Of a stretch of 64,000 bases of DNA, positions 8,871 through 18,212 are shown piece after piece. Numbering within the stretch: the first letter of the stretch is position 1; each line of letters opens with the position of its first letter. The notes beneath the pieces are model-generated. The model saw nothing but the letters and a program-made list of their open reading frames with translations. It made no database searches and was not told the origin of the DNA. The translations under genes and the position numbers were made by a program. The stretch spans positions 22 through 64,021 of IMG/VR virus record IMGVR_UViG_3300024327_000005. The stretch is one strand, 5' to 3'. Source of the DNA: a virus.

Positions 8871-9028
8871 CATGGATTTTCATAACACTAGAATGGGTCA
8901 AAAATTCTTTTCACATGATGTCCCCGAGCTATTAGAGACACTGAAAAAGATAGCCGAGATCCTCGAAAACAATGAACCTCTAAAACCAAAAAAAGAGTTC
9001 GACAACAGGCTCTTGGATAAAGATCCTA

Positions 9029-9562
9029 ATGAAGCAAAAATATAAACAACAACAAAATTTCTTATTAAAAGATGAAATTAAATATTTAAATTCTAAACTT
9101 CATCATATTCAATGGCGAGAAAAAAGTACTACAAGCTCCACATGGGTAAGTGGCGGTTTTGAAACCATAATAAATCCGCACCCAGAGTGGATACTTCCAC
9201 TACTAGGACACATGCAGTCTTTATTCAAGATAGAGTTCAATTATGTACTGTATTCAAAGTACAGCTCACTAAATCACTCATCTGCACCAAGCCAAAACAA
9301 TGACTTTTACCTCGGAGAGTCTCCTGTGACTCCAATCTTGGGTGTTGGGAGTTCAATCCCGCTCGAAATTACAAGCAAGTACACAGACGAGACAGAACGA
9401 CTGGAACTTAAAGATAACGATTTATTCTTAATAAATCCCAAGCAACAAAACAAATGGCTGATTGCCATCCCTAAGGGCAACCTACTAGTGGAACCACACT
9501 ATTCGCTTTCTTTTAGAAAGGTAATTCACTCCAGCGGAGATGAAGCATACTCCAACCTATAG
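9029..9562 (+). CDS. AlkB/ALKBH2-3-like 2OG-Fe(II) dioxygenase fold with metal ligands lost
   Basis: FNYVL, LGESP, LGVG, QQNKWLIAIPK and HYSLSFR align with FNSVL, LGxNP, SLGA, TQxxWxHxIPK and RINLTFR; HxD and distal H are absent. Confidence 0.7.
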   Translation: MKQKYKQQQNFLLKDEIKYLNSKLHHIQWREKSTTSSTWVSGGFETIINPHPEWILPLLGHMQSLFKIEFNYVLYSKYSSLNHSSAPSQNNDFYLGESPVTPILGVGSSIPLEITSKYTDETERLELKDNDLFLINPKQQNKWLIAIPKGNLLVEPHYSLSFRKVIHSSGDEAYSNL

Positions 9563-9578
9563 GTAAGAAGAAAATATC

Positions 9579-9773
9579 ATGTCAAAGAAGTGCCCTGAAA
9601 TTCAAATCAATTCAGTTCAAGATACCTACAAAGTAATATCAGAAGCAGACGAGGTTTTTTATTTCGAAGCCACCTCTGCTGACGAAGCTGAACTATTATA
9701 CAATGAGGCATATCTCTTCCCAAAAGAGCCTCACACACACATTCACAAAATAATAAAACTAAAAGAGGCTTAA
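9579..9773 (+). CDS. hypothetical protein
   Basis: 64-aa ORF in run. Confidence 0.5.
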   Translation: MSKKCPEIQINSVQDTYKVISEADEVFYFEATSADEAELLYNEAYLFPKEPHTHIHKIIKLKEA

Positions 9774-9776
9774 TCT

Positions 9777-10076
9777 ATGAAAGATATGCTGGAAAGAACA
9801 ATTAGCCCCGGCGACTTCTTTCTCATCCCTGGAGGGAATGTGCGCTACGGAGGGTTAGTATTGGAAATTGGAATAGTATTAGCTTTAACAGAAAAAAGAA
9901 TGAAAACTTTAATTACAAGATTTGATAAAATCAAACTCAAACCCACAACAAAGACCTCTACTAAAGTATTTAAAATTAGCCCTGCTGAAATTATCAAAGA
10001 TCTAGATAACGTTTTAGTGCCCGCGATAATTGAATTGCAAGCTAAGTACAAAGAATACAGGCTCAGCACAATGTAG
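9777..10076 (+). CDS. hypothetical protein
   Basis: 99-aa ORF. Confidence 0.6.
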   Translation: MKDMLERTISPGDFFLIPGGNVRYGGLVLEIGIVLALTEKRMKTLITRFDKIKLKPTTKTSTKVFKISPAEIIKDLDNVLVPAIIELQAKYKEYRLSTM

Positions 10077-10114
10077 TGTCGCTTTTGCTTGTGTAAAAAA
10101 AAGAAAGGTTATAA

Positions 10115-10378
10115 ATGACAAAAACAGAAGCAATCATCCTGGTAGTCTTCCTCACTTCAATCACTTTCATGCTCTATAAAAAGAATGAAAGCTACCACAA
10201 CCAGAAAAAAGATTATTACGACTGCTACAATAAGGTCACGAAGCTAAGCCTAAGCCCCATGAATGCATATGATTATAGCATGATAGAAAAGACTACTATG
10301 ATAGATCAGTTGCAATGTAAGAAATCAAAGTATACCGATCATTATGTTAAATTAATTAAGAAAGCATATAAAAGATGA
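10115..10378 (+). CDS. hypothetical membrane-anchored protein
   Basis: N-terminal TM segment. Confidence 0.55.
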   Translation: MTKTEAIILVVFLTSITFMLYKKNESYHNQKKDYYDCYNKVTKLSLSPMNAYDYSMIEKTTMIDQLQCKKSKYTDHYVKLIKKAYKR

Positions 10379-10656
10379 AAATCTATAATTTTAACCCTCC
10401 AAATCCATTCATGAAAAAAACTTATCAAGTTGAAAAAACATCATCATCAACCAGCACTGTTCATGTTAAAAGCGCCTTTCTCGGCGCTTGGTCATTTCCG
10501 CTAAGTGAGATAGACCACAAGACACTATGCAATAAGATAAACAGGTATTGTAACGAATCTATAATGCTTCAAGATCTATTTTCCGAAATGTCTCCAAATC
10601 AACGAGAGAGTTTTTTAACGAAACCAACGATGCACGATGTCTTTGAAGAGGACTAA
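10375..10656 (+). CDS. hypothetical protein
   Basis: ATGA overlap with the upstream gene. Confidence 0.55.
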   Translation: MKIYNFNPPNPFMKKTYQVEKTSSSTSTVHVKSAFLGAWSFPLSEIDHKTLCNKINRYCNESIMLQDLFSEMSPNQRESFLTKPTMHDVFEED

Positions 10657-10657
10657 A

Positions 10658-10990
10658 ATGAAAATTAAGAGAATATTATTAATATTTTCAATCGTTTTCT
10701 TTTCGCCTACACTCAGCGTTGAAGAGTTAAAAATCCACAGTAGTAGCAGTAGTTATGCCACTCCAAATAATTACGGTCTATCTGAAGAAGATATTGCTTA
10801 TATTAAAGAAACCTTCAAGAAGAAACAATACAATGATATTTCGAAATTGCCCTCCGTTACTCCTCGACCTAAAGTTACGGAATTTTTTAAAATCTTAAGA
10901 GTACAAAATAGCGATAATTGGTTCTCCGCTTATCTACTTCTGCTGAAAATAGTCCCTGACCTATTTATAGAAAATGAGTTAGGATGCTGA
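10658..10990 (+). CDS. hypothetical secreted or membrane protein
   Basis: MKIKRILLIFSIVFFS signal-like N-terminus. Confidence 0.5.
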   Translation: MKIKRILLIFSIVFFSPTLSVEELKIHSSSSSYATPNNYGLSEEDIAYIKETFKKKQYNDISKLPSVTPRPKVTEFFKILRVQNSDNWFSAYLLLLKIVPDLFIENELGC

Positions 10991-11004
10991 ATTAAGGCCT
11001 GCTA

Positions 11005-12132
11005 ATGCTTAAAATAAAATCTACTATATGCTTAAACATGATAGTGAAAAATGAAACAAAAACCTTACCGAGGTTATTTGAATCATTAAAAAACATTATT
11101 GATACTTACGTAATCGTTGATACTGGAAGTACGGACGGTACGCAAGAATATATCACCAATTATATGGATGAACTGGGTGTGCCTGGCCAACTTTATGAAC
11201 GGCCTTGGGTCAATTTTGGTGTCAATCGACAAATAGCATTAGACTTAGCTACAGGCACTGCAGACTATGCTTTAATCATAGATGCAGATGAAGAACTTAT
11301 CGTTAAAAATTTTGAATTCTTTAAAAATCTAAATTTAGACAAGTATAGCCTTATAAAAGAATTGTCATCAATAGAAATTCAAATCCCTGCATTAGTTAGA
11401 ATTTCAAACTCCAACGAGCAAGGGTGGGTCTGGAGTGGCGTTGTCCATGAATTCTTAACTTGTCCCCCAGGTGCCTCTTCGGAAAATGTCCCTAAAGAAA
11501 CCGCCTACATACATAGTCATTTGTTCGAGGGCTGTAGATCGCAAAACGTTACAGTAAGAGAGAAGTATTTAAAAGACGCAAAATTGCTTGAAGCGGAATT
11601 AATGCGAAATCCAAGCGACACAAGATCGATTTTTTATCTTGCTCAAAGCTATAGGGATGCAAATGAGCCTGACAAGGCAATTGAAAATTATTTAAAACGA
11701 GCTGAAGCAGGAGGCTGGACCGAAGAAGTGTTCTATTCCTACTACCAATTAGGGCTGTTGACACTTCATGTAAAAAACGATGTTAAAAAAGCAGAAGGAT
11801 ACTTTCTAGATGCAGCTAAGGCAAATCCACGACGCTATGCAGAAGTGGCCTACCCTCTTGTAAAGCATTACAGAGCGATAGAGGACCACTCGAGTGCAGT
11901 ATTCTGGGGCTGGTCTGCGCTACCGTCAATGAAACTCCAAGAGGAGCAACTATCTGGCAGCTGGCTGTTCTGTCAGAAAGATGTTTATGACTGGAGGCTA
12001 AAAGATGAACTATCTCTAGCCTTGTATTATTTTAATGCAAAGCCAATTTCTGAAAAGCTTATGAAAGAACTATTAACCGAAGTTCCTCCTGAACAAAAAC
12101 AAAGAATCATAAACAATATTGCTTATTTTTAA
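11005..12132 (+). CDS. glycosyltransferase family 2 with C-terminal TPR repeats
   Basis: ICLNMIVKNE, VIVDTGSTDGT, IIDADE (DxD), GVVHE; TPR-like FYLAQSYRD and YYQLG. Confidence 0.85.
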   Translation: MLKIKSTICLNMIVKNETKTLPRLFESLKNIIDTYVIVDTGSTDGTQEYITNYMDELGVPGQLYERPWVNFGVNRQIALDLATGTADYALIIDADEELIVKNFEFFKNLNLDKYSLIKELSSIEIQIPALVRISNSNEQGWVWSGVVHEFLTCPPGASSENVPKETAYIHSHLFEGCRSQNVTVREKYLKDAKLLEAELMRNPSDTRSIFYLAQSYRDANEPDKAIENYLKRAEAGGWTEEVFYSYYQLGLLTLHVKNDVKKAEGYFLDAAKANPRRYAEVAYPLVKHYRAIEDHSSAVFWGWSALPSMKLQEEQLSGSWLFCQKDVYDWRLKDELSLALYYFNAKPISEKLMKELLTEVPPEQKQRIINNIAYF

Positions 12133-12272
12133 GCTAAAACTTTAAAAGACCCCTAACAAAAGATTATCGCTATGAATATTTTCCCCCTCCCAATAGGCAA
12201 CATAGAATCAGTAGTATCTTTAACTTTACTAATTCTATTAGCTTACTACTTCTATGTGCAAAAGGAAGACAA

Positions 12273-12476
12273 ATGAAAAGAAACTTTTTTGACCGATTAG
12301 GCCATTTTAAATGGTCAGTCCATAACTTGTTCGCACATCCTATCATGGAGATGCTTCATCTCGTTGGGCTGTCTTCGTTGGGGAATAAGTTGCATGACTT
12401 TACAATCCCCGAACCATCCCACACCTTAGATCATGAGCATGAAATTGATTTTGATAAAGCGCATTCTGAAAGATGA
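12273..12476 (+). CDS. hypothetical protein
   Basis: WSVHNLFAHP motif; RBS AAGGA. Confidence 0.55.
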   Translation: MKRNFFDRLGHFKWSVHNLFAHPIMEMLHLVGLSSLGNKLHDFTIPEPSHTLDHEHEIDFDKAHSER

Positions 12477-12724
12477 CTCCTGACTACGAACATGGAGATC
12501 TATTAATCCGCCGCGTTCGAAACGGCTGGCTTGTAGCTGCTGGCGATGGAGACAAAGTCGAAATATATGTATATGAAGATGAAGAGAATCCAAATTGGAT
12601 TGCTGAATCGTTATACAGCTTATTGGCCGATCAGTTCGAATGCTACATGCAGACAAAAAGATCAGCAGGAATTAAAATGTCATTTTCACATAAATCCATT
12701 GAAGAAGAAGACTCAACCATATAA
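12473..12724 (+). CDS. hypothetical protein
   Basis: ATGA overlap with the upstream gene. Confidence 0.55.
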   Translation: MTPDYEHGDLLIRRVRNGWLVAAGDGDKVEIYVYEDEENPNWIAESLYSLLADQFECYMQTKRSAGIKMSFSHKSIEEEDSTI

Positions 12725-12761
12725 GTCGAACCTCCAAAAATATGAGCCATAAGGAAAAGGA

Positions 12762-13757
12762 ATGAAGTGTTTAGTTCTTGGTCTAATGATAGTAAACCTT
12801 ATATGTTCTTTATCTTTTGCAAAAAATAGACTTTTAGTCTCTAACTTTCAAACGAACTCAGAGTTCGTATCTAATGAAGATCTTCTGATACTTACTGAGA
12901 GAGTCATTGTTATTATCAGCGAGATCAAGACATACGATCTTATCACAAAAGAAAATATACTGACACTTTTACCACCAGACCAAAACCTAGAGGAGTGTAT
13001 AGGCGAGTGTGAAATTGAAACAGGTAGGCTAGTAGGTGCAAACAAAGTCATCTCTGGTTGGGTTGTTAAGTCAAAAAAACTATACCAACTCACCATTAAG
13101 CTGCATGACACTAGGACAGGAGTCCTAGAGATAGCCAAGTTGATATCCGCTACCAACTTTAAGGGCGTGTTATCTGAACTACAAAATAGGAGGTCTTCTC
13201 TCTTGCAGACAGACAAGGAAGCAGAGAGAGATTTAGAAGGTAGGCTCGCTTTAATAAGAAGTTCGAGACGAGAGAAAGAAGAGAGAAAGAGAAAAATATT
13301 GCAAAAGGAGGCGAAGGAGAGACTAAGACTAGAGGAAAAGAAGCGTAACCGAGTCAAACTCATGCTGAAAAAAAAGAAGAAAAGACGCCTCCCGCCCCTG
13401 ATTCAGGGCTTGTCTCTTAAAAAGCTTGAATGGAAAAAAAAGAGAGGGAGAGAGAAAAAGACTCGTGAAGAGGTCCCAGAGGGGGCATATATCCCACCGA
13501 AACTTAAACGTAAAGTTACGCCTATGTATACTGTAAAGGCCCTCGCCTTAGATATAGAGGGGCACCTCTCTCTCATGATATCAATAGATACAAAGGGGAG
13601 AGTATATGCCGCTAAAATTACCAGACCACTTGGTTACGGTCTCGATCAAGTCGGGTTAAAGACAGTTAAACTATGGCGGTACGCGCCTGCGATGCTCAAC
13701 GGGAAGCCTGTCAAGAGTGAGAGGAGGGTCGCCATGAACTTTGTGATTAATAACTAA
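12762..13757 (+). CDS. secreted protein: CsgG/TolB-N-like domain, charged coil, C-terminal TonB_C domain
   Basis: signal peptide; CIGECEIETGRLVGANKVISG; PPKLKRKVTPMY...EGxxxLxIxIDxxGxV...LGYGLD...WRYAPAMLNGKPV. Confidence 0.75.
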   Translation: MKCLVLGLMIVNLICSLSFAKNRLLVSNFQTNSEFVSNEDLLILTERVIVIISEIKTYDLITKENILTLLPPDQNLEECIGECEIETGRLVGANKVISGWVVKSKKLYQLTIKLHDTRTGVLEIAKLISATNFKGVLSELQNRRSSLLQTDKEAERDLEGRLALIRSSRREKEERKRKILQKEAKERLRLEEKKRNRVKLMLKKKKKRRLPPLIQGLSLKKLEWKKKRGREKKTREEVPEGAYIPPKLKRKVTPMYTVKALALDIEGHLSLMISIDTKGRVYAAKITRPLGYGLDQVGLKTVKLWRYAPAMLNGKPVKSERRVAMNFVINN

Positions 13758-13905
13758 TCATGACCTCGACTAAACCTCTGCGCATCCAAACCTTAACGCG
13801 CCACAAAGACATAAAAATAGAACAAGATGTCACGTCAACAAGAATCATTGTTCTCATTAATAGATATAGCACCCCCCTCGAAGACACAAATTGAAGGACA
13901 CAAAA

Positions 13906-14220
13906 ATGTGCAAAGTAGTAAACCTATACAAAGAGCCCTATGACGTATACATAGGGCGTGCAGGAAAAGGTAAGAGCGGTTACTTTGGGAATCCAATACT
14001 CAGAGGTAAGCGCTGTCTTTATTGCGGTATGATTCATAATGAATCTGGTACAACATTAGACTGCTACAGAGACTACCTGAATGAAAGAATAAAAGAAGAC
14101 GCCGAATTTAAGGCAAATGTAAAAGCACTAAAAGGGAAAACTTTGGGATGCTTTTGTAAACCAAAGCCATGCCACGGAGATATTCTGGCAGAAACATGTT
14201 TAGATCTATGGAAAATTTAA
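13906..14220 (+). CDS. DUF4326 domain protein
   Basis: VVNLYKEPYDVYIGR...FGNP...LKGKTLGCFCKPKPCHGDIL. Confidence 0.85.
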   Translation: MCKVVNLYKEPYDVYIGRAGKGKSGYFGNPILRGKRCLYCGMIHNESGTTLDCYRDYLNERIKEDAEFKANVKALKGKTLGCFCKPKPCHGDILAETCLDLWKI

Positions 14221-14486
14221 AACAAGAATGGTGGTATTTTGAACTCGATGAAGACGACAATTTACGCCTAGCAGACAAGAATAAATTTAAGCATCGCCCA
14301 AGCGATGCAAACCCTGATCAAGGGAACCCCTATACCCCCTGGTATGAACTTGAAGACCATTACAATGATGAACACATTCATATAAAAGCAGTTAACTACC
14401 CAAGGGCTTTGAAAAAAGCCATTCAAATCAAAGAAAACAATAAAAATACAAACCCCCAGACTACTCGTCTTAATATTTTACGGTAA
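14208..14486 (+). CDS. hypothetical protein
   Basis: ORF from internal ATG 14208. Confidence 0.5.
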   Translation: MENLKQEWWYFELDEDDNLRLADKNKFKHRPSDANPDQGNPYTPWYELEDHYNDEHIHIKAVNYPRALKKAIQIKENNKNTNPQTTRLNILR

Positions 14487-14515
14487 TAATACCTATGATT
14501 TTGGTTTTTTAACTT

Positions 14516-14764
14516 ATGTTATATATCCTCTTCCTGACCTGGCTGATGACTTCAGCAGTAATTTCCTTCGGAACGGCAATTACACTATTTTTCAAATGGA
14601 AAAAGGATGACAACAATGCGTTTAAGATCAAATACTTGATAGTTTTGATTTGCCTTACAACTGCATGTATTTTTTTGTTACTCCCGATTTACTTAATAGA
14701 GAATAAGCTTGACGTCAGAATTAATAAGGCATATCAAGCAGTTAAAAAGAATTTCCGTTCCTGA
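14516..14764 (+). CDS. hypothetical 2-TM membrane protein
   Basis: two hydrophobic helices. Confidence 0.55.
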   Translation: MLYILFLTWLMTSAVISFGTAITLFFKWKKDDNNAFKIKYLIVLICLTTACIFLLLPIYLIENKLDVRINKAYQAVKKNFRS

Positions 14765-14877
14765 ATGAGCCGCTGCTTGGGAGGCAATATGGCTTCAACA
14801 AAATTAATACAAGGAGAAGCGCTAAGTAGATTTTAAAATCTTTTAACACTACACTCTTATTGAAGAGGGAGTGAATT

Positions 14878-15732
14878 ATGCTTAGCTTACTACAAGACGA
14901 CATGGAGAGAAAAACCATAGCTATAGTGCTTACAGACATTATCGGTAGCACTAAGTTCATTCAAAGAAACGGCAATTTAAACTCCACTAAGTGGTTTAAG
15001 GCACACGATAAACTATGCATAAGTTTAATCACAAGATTTAACGGAGTACTTTCTGACTCTTCAGATGGGTTTTTAATGTATTTCAATACAGTGCAAGACG
15101 CAGTTGCATTTTCGATTCACTATAAAAAGAAATTGATTCAACATAAATTTCCCTTCAAAAGTCGAATCGGAATTCATTGGGACGAGATGTTTATTATCAA
15201 AACCCCAGAAGCCTTAATTGCTGCTAATCATAAAAGAATATCATTAGATGGAATCGGAAAGAATGTTGCTGCTAGAGCAATGAGTCTTTGCAATTCAAAA
15301 CAAATCATCCTCACACACAAGGCTTACCTTGCGTATAAGGGACGGCTAACAAAACATCAATACATACCCAGTACCTATCTCGTTGTTTGCGCTGGCCTGT
15401 ACAAATTTAAAGGCGTTGCAAATCCAGAGCAGCTATGGGTTGTAGGAAGCAATGAGGCCGAGTTGCAGCCTCCCCGCAGCAATGACAAAGCAAAGAAGAT
15501 CGCTGGCCCAAAACGAATTCGCACCTCTCTCAAGCACAAACAATCTAAAGAAGTTTTTATGTGGCTTTTTTGGCGACTGGGATTGATAATTTCATTATAT
15601 TTAATGTATCTATTGTGGCCACTACTATCTTCAGCTCAAAAGAAAAATTCTCTAAATATAGATTTCTTCATCCTCAGACCATTTGAGTATCTTCAATCAT
15701 TCTTCGATTTTATACAGGGACTAATCCCATGA
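14878..15732 (+). CDS. class III nucleotide (adenylate/guanylate-type) cyclase with C-terminal TM segment(s)
   Basis: VLTDIIGST (metal Asp), HD, SDGFLMYF (second Asp), RIGIH, KNVAARAMSL, YKFKGV. Confidence 0.85.
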   Translation: MLSLLQDDMERKTIAIVLTDIIGSTKFIQRNGNLNSTKWFKAHDKLCISLITRFNGVLSDSSDGFLMYFNTVQDAVAFSIHYKKKLIQHKFPFKSRIGIHWDEMFIIKTPEALIAANHKRISLDGIGKNVAARAMSLCNSKQIILTHKAYLAYKGRLTKHQYIPSTYLVVCAGLYKFKGVANPEQLWVVGSNEAELQPPRSNDKAKKIAGPKRIRTSLKHKQSKEVFMWLFWRLGLIISLYLMYLLWPLLSSAQKKNSLNIDFFILRPFEYLQSFFDFIQGLIP

Positions 15733-16208
15733 CTATAAAAAAATTCAAACAAGACATACTCTCTGACAAGGCTAAGCGCGGTTGGTGGTTTAGTGTTGTA
15801 TTTATGATTATTGTAGTAGGATTAATACTATTTTTAACATATGTTAAAATCGTAGATGAAAACAGGGACGTTCTAGTTGGAATACTAGGCATGATCACTG
15901 GCTCTATATCAAGCATGATGGCTATCGCCTCAGGCAGAGACCCTAGTGAAGTTGAAGAGCTAAAAGATAAACTATCAGCGTCAGATGCTGATAGAGCTGC
16001 GCTAATTGGAAGACTTCGTGACTGCCAAATACAATTGCAATTGAAAACTGACCAGATCTTTGAGCTTCAAAACGCAGTAATAAATAAACTTTCTGTTTTT
16101 CACGAAACCCCACCAATAACAACTAAGAATGAAAATGAAGTAATCTTAAATCCTCATATCGAGGCATGGTTGCCGGTGGATAGAAACAAAGATTTGAAAA
16201 AATCTTAA
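15729..16208 (+). CDS. 2-TM + coiled-coil membrane protein, translationally coupled to the cyclase
   Basis: ATGA overlap; two TM helices then a heptad-like stretch. Confidence 0.65.
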   Translation: MTIKKFKQDILSDKAKRGWWFSVVFMIIVVGLILFLTYVKIVDENRDVLVGILGMITGSISSMMAIASGRDPSEVEELKDKLSASDADRAALIGRLRDCQIQLQLKTDQIFELQNAVINKLSVFHETPPITTKNENEVILNPHIEAWLPVDRNKDLKKS

Positions 16209-16260
16209 AATACTTCTCCTAGTTTTATAAAAAACCTAACTCTTACAAAGGACACTTCTC

Positions 16261-16476
16261 ATGTTTAAAAAACTATTAATTATCTGTCTCGCTATTTCAT
16301 TTCTTGCTTGCGACGATGAATCAAGCGACAACAAAGACTCTTCAGTGGCAGGCACAGATAGTTCGCCCACTGCAGGCGCTGGAACTTCTGACGCAGGACT
16401 CCCAATGCAATATTATGACTTTGACACAATGGAAATCGAACCAGATCAAGATGCTGGTCCAGATATGGATGACTAA
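16261..16476 (+). CDS. small acidic lipoprotein
   Basis: lipobox FLA-C after a hydrophobic signal; D/S/G-rich mature part. Confidence 0.65.
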   Translation: MFKKLLIICLAISFLACDDESSDNKDSSVAGTDSSPTAGAGTSDAGLPMQYYDFDTMEIEPDQDAGPDMDD

Positions 16477-16479
16477 CTA

Positions 16480-16776
16480 ATGCCTAAATGTCTCGTTATA
16501 CACTATACGGACAAAGAAACAAATAAGCTGATGTGGGCCTGTCCAAAGGGGCTGACTAGCACAAAGCATGTAGCGACAGCAACAAAATGCTGGCGCTACA
16601 ACTGCCCAGGTATAAGGGAGCTGCCCGCTAGTTCTAAATGCGCTCATGAAGGTTGCGATAACCTGGCTAGCGATATTGAAAGAGCCAAGTACTGCAGCAA
16701 GCAATGCAAAAGCAAAGAGTCTAGTCGACGTTATCGAATGAAAAAGAAAAATGAACAAGAATCAACTGATCAGTAA
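16480..16776 (+). CDS. Cys-rich putative zinc-binding protein
   Basis: several CxxC and CxxxxC motifs; basic C-terminus. Confidence 0.55.
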   Translation: MPKCLVIHYTDKETNKLMWACPKGLTSTKHVATATKCWRYNCPGIRELPASSKCAHEGCDNLASDIERAKYCSKQCKSKESSRRYRMKKKNEQESTDQ

Positions 16777-16933
16777 GGCTAGATATAAAAATCGACTAAC
16801 GGTTTGCTTAGAATGCCCCTTCTATCAAGAGAAGTATAATCGTTGTTTAAAATGCGGATGCTTCCTTATATTAAAAGCTGCACTAAGATCGACTGAATGT
16901 CCCCTAAACAAATGGGAAAAAAAGGAAAAATAA
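16751..16933 (+). CDS. small Zn-finger protein (DUF6171-like)
   Basis: RxxxCxxC...CxxCGCF..K.....CPxxKW. Confidence 0.6.
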   Translation: MNKNQLISKARYKNRLTVCLECPFYQEKYNRCLKCGCFLILKAALRSTECPLNKWEKKEK

Positions 16934-16935
16934 AT

Positions 16936-17229
16936 ATGGTCTATCTTGAACCTAGAGAAACTTTTGACGCTTTTATTATTGGAGAAGCCACAGGCTTTAA
17001 TCTAGATGAAAACTGTTTGATTTATTCAAAAACGAAAATCATAAACCATCTAGCTTCGGAGCTACTTGCTGGGCAAGATCCGAAAAAGAACAATCGATTC
17101 GAAGAATTGACTTTCGAAATGGCTACTGAATATTTCGAGTATAATATAATCGGGGCATACATGGGCCCTAATACTCCCATCTTTTTAGAAAGCCTGAATG
17201 GCAGCTTTGAGGAAGACTATGTTCAGTAA
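16936..17229 (+). CDS. hypothetical phage protein
   Basis: EYFEYNIIGAYMGPNTPIF motif. Confidence 0.6.
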   Translation: MVYLEPRETFDAFIIGEATGFNLDENCLIYSKTKIINHLASELLAGQDPKKNNRFEELTFEMATEYFEYNIIGAYMGPNTPIFLESLNGSFEEDYVQ

Positions 17230-17599
17230 GTTTTTTAATAAATATCTTTCAAAAAAAAAGCATAAAGCAATAATAAAAGATCTAGAATCCATAGGAGATA
17301 ACAAAACCACCAAGGAGTTTTTAAACTGGCTGGTTCACGATCACGGAAAAGTCCACTTTAGACTTAAACCTGAAGAGATGAAGCATTTAATAACAAACTA
17401 TCTTATAGATTGGGAGAAGAATGAGTTTGATGATTCATTCTTAATTTGGGATTCCAAAACGCAGTACCTCGAATTAAATTATTTCATTGAGGCAATCAAA
17501 GGTGATCACGGGTTTAAGATAGCTCAAAACGCATTTGATTACCTGTATGACACCTACCCCCCTTTGACAGAATATTTTAAAATTCAGGAGCAAAACTAA
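17219..17599 (+). CDS. hypothetical protein
   Basis: ORF in a packed run. Confidence 0.55.
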   Translation: MFSKFFNKYLSKKKHKAIIKDLESIGDNKTTKEFLNWLVHDHGKVHFRLKPEEMKHLITNYLIDWEKNEFDDSFLIWDSKTQYLELNYFIEAIKGDHGFKIAQNAFDYLYDTYPPLTEYFKIQEQN

Positions 17600-17859
17600 T
17601 GTGGTGCTTAGAAATAATCAAACATATTAATAAGAAAAAGCTACAACCGCTACCTATTGAGCTAATAAAAGAGCAAATAACTCAATTAAACTTTAACTTG
17701 CATTCTTATAAAGTTTTACAAGACCCAATCTTACATAGTAACATTCAGTACAATTATATTGTACCTGCAACTAAAAAAGGTATAAGTTTTATAAACCAAA
17801 TGCTCACAGATTTAGAAGATGCTCTATTTATTGAAGAGCTAAATGTGTACTTAGTCTAA
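17599..17859 (+). CDS. hypothetical protein
   Basis: TAATG overlap with the upstream gene. Confidence 0.55.
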   Translation: MWCLEIIKHINKKKLQPLPIELIKEQITQLNFNLHSYKVLQDPILHSNIQYNYIVPATKKGISFINQMLTDLEDALFIEELNVYLV

Positions 17860-17951
17860 TCGGAGACAACATGTATTGCTATTATGATTTTTTTAACCAA
17901 ATCTGCATCTGTATCGAGTATTTGTACGTTTGATAAAAAAGGAAGTAACCA

Positions 17952-18212
17952 ATGAACGATAAGCTGCCTCTTAAATCTAAAAAATTCTTAGCTTACCTAA
18001 TCGCTGATCTTGGCTGGAAGTTCATCTTGATGTACTTCATGTATAAGCACCAATCTAAAATTGACACATATGTATTTGGAATAATGCTTAGCTTAATAAT
18101 TGTAAGCGGTTTTATTCAAGTAGGCTATATTCTGGGCCAAGCAGCTTTGGATCGCTATGTCCAAATCTCAAATAACTTAACCAACAACAACATAGAAAAA
18201 GAAGACAAGTGA
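17952..18212 (+). CDS. possible holin (2-TM small membrane protein)
   Basis: KSKKFL N-terminus, two TMs, charged C-terminus, close to the SLT gene. Confidence 0.45.
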   Translation: MNDKLPLKSKKFLAYLIADLGWKFILMYFMYKHQSKIDTYVFGIMLSLIIVSGFIQVGYILGQAALDRYVQISNNLTNNNIEKEDK

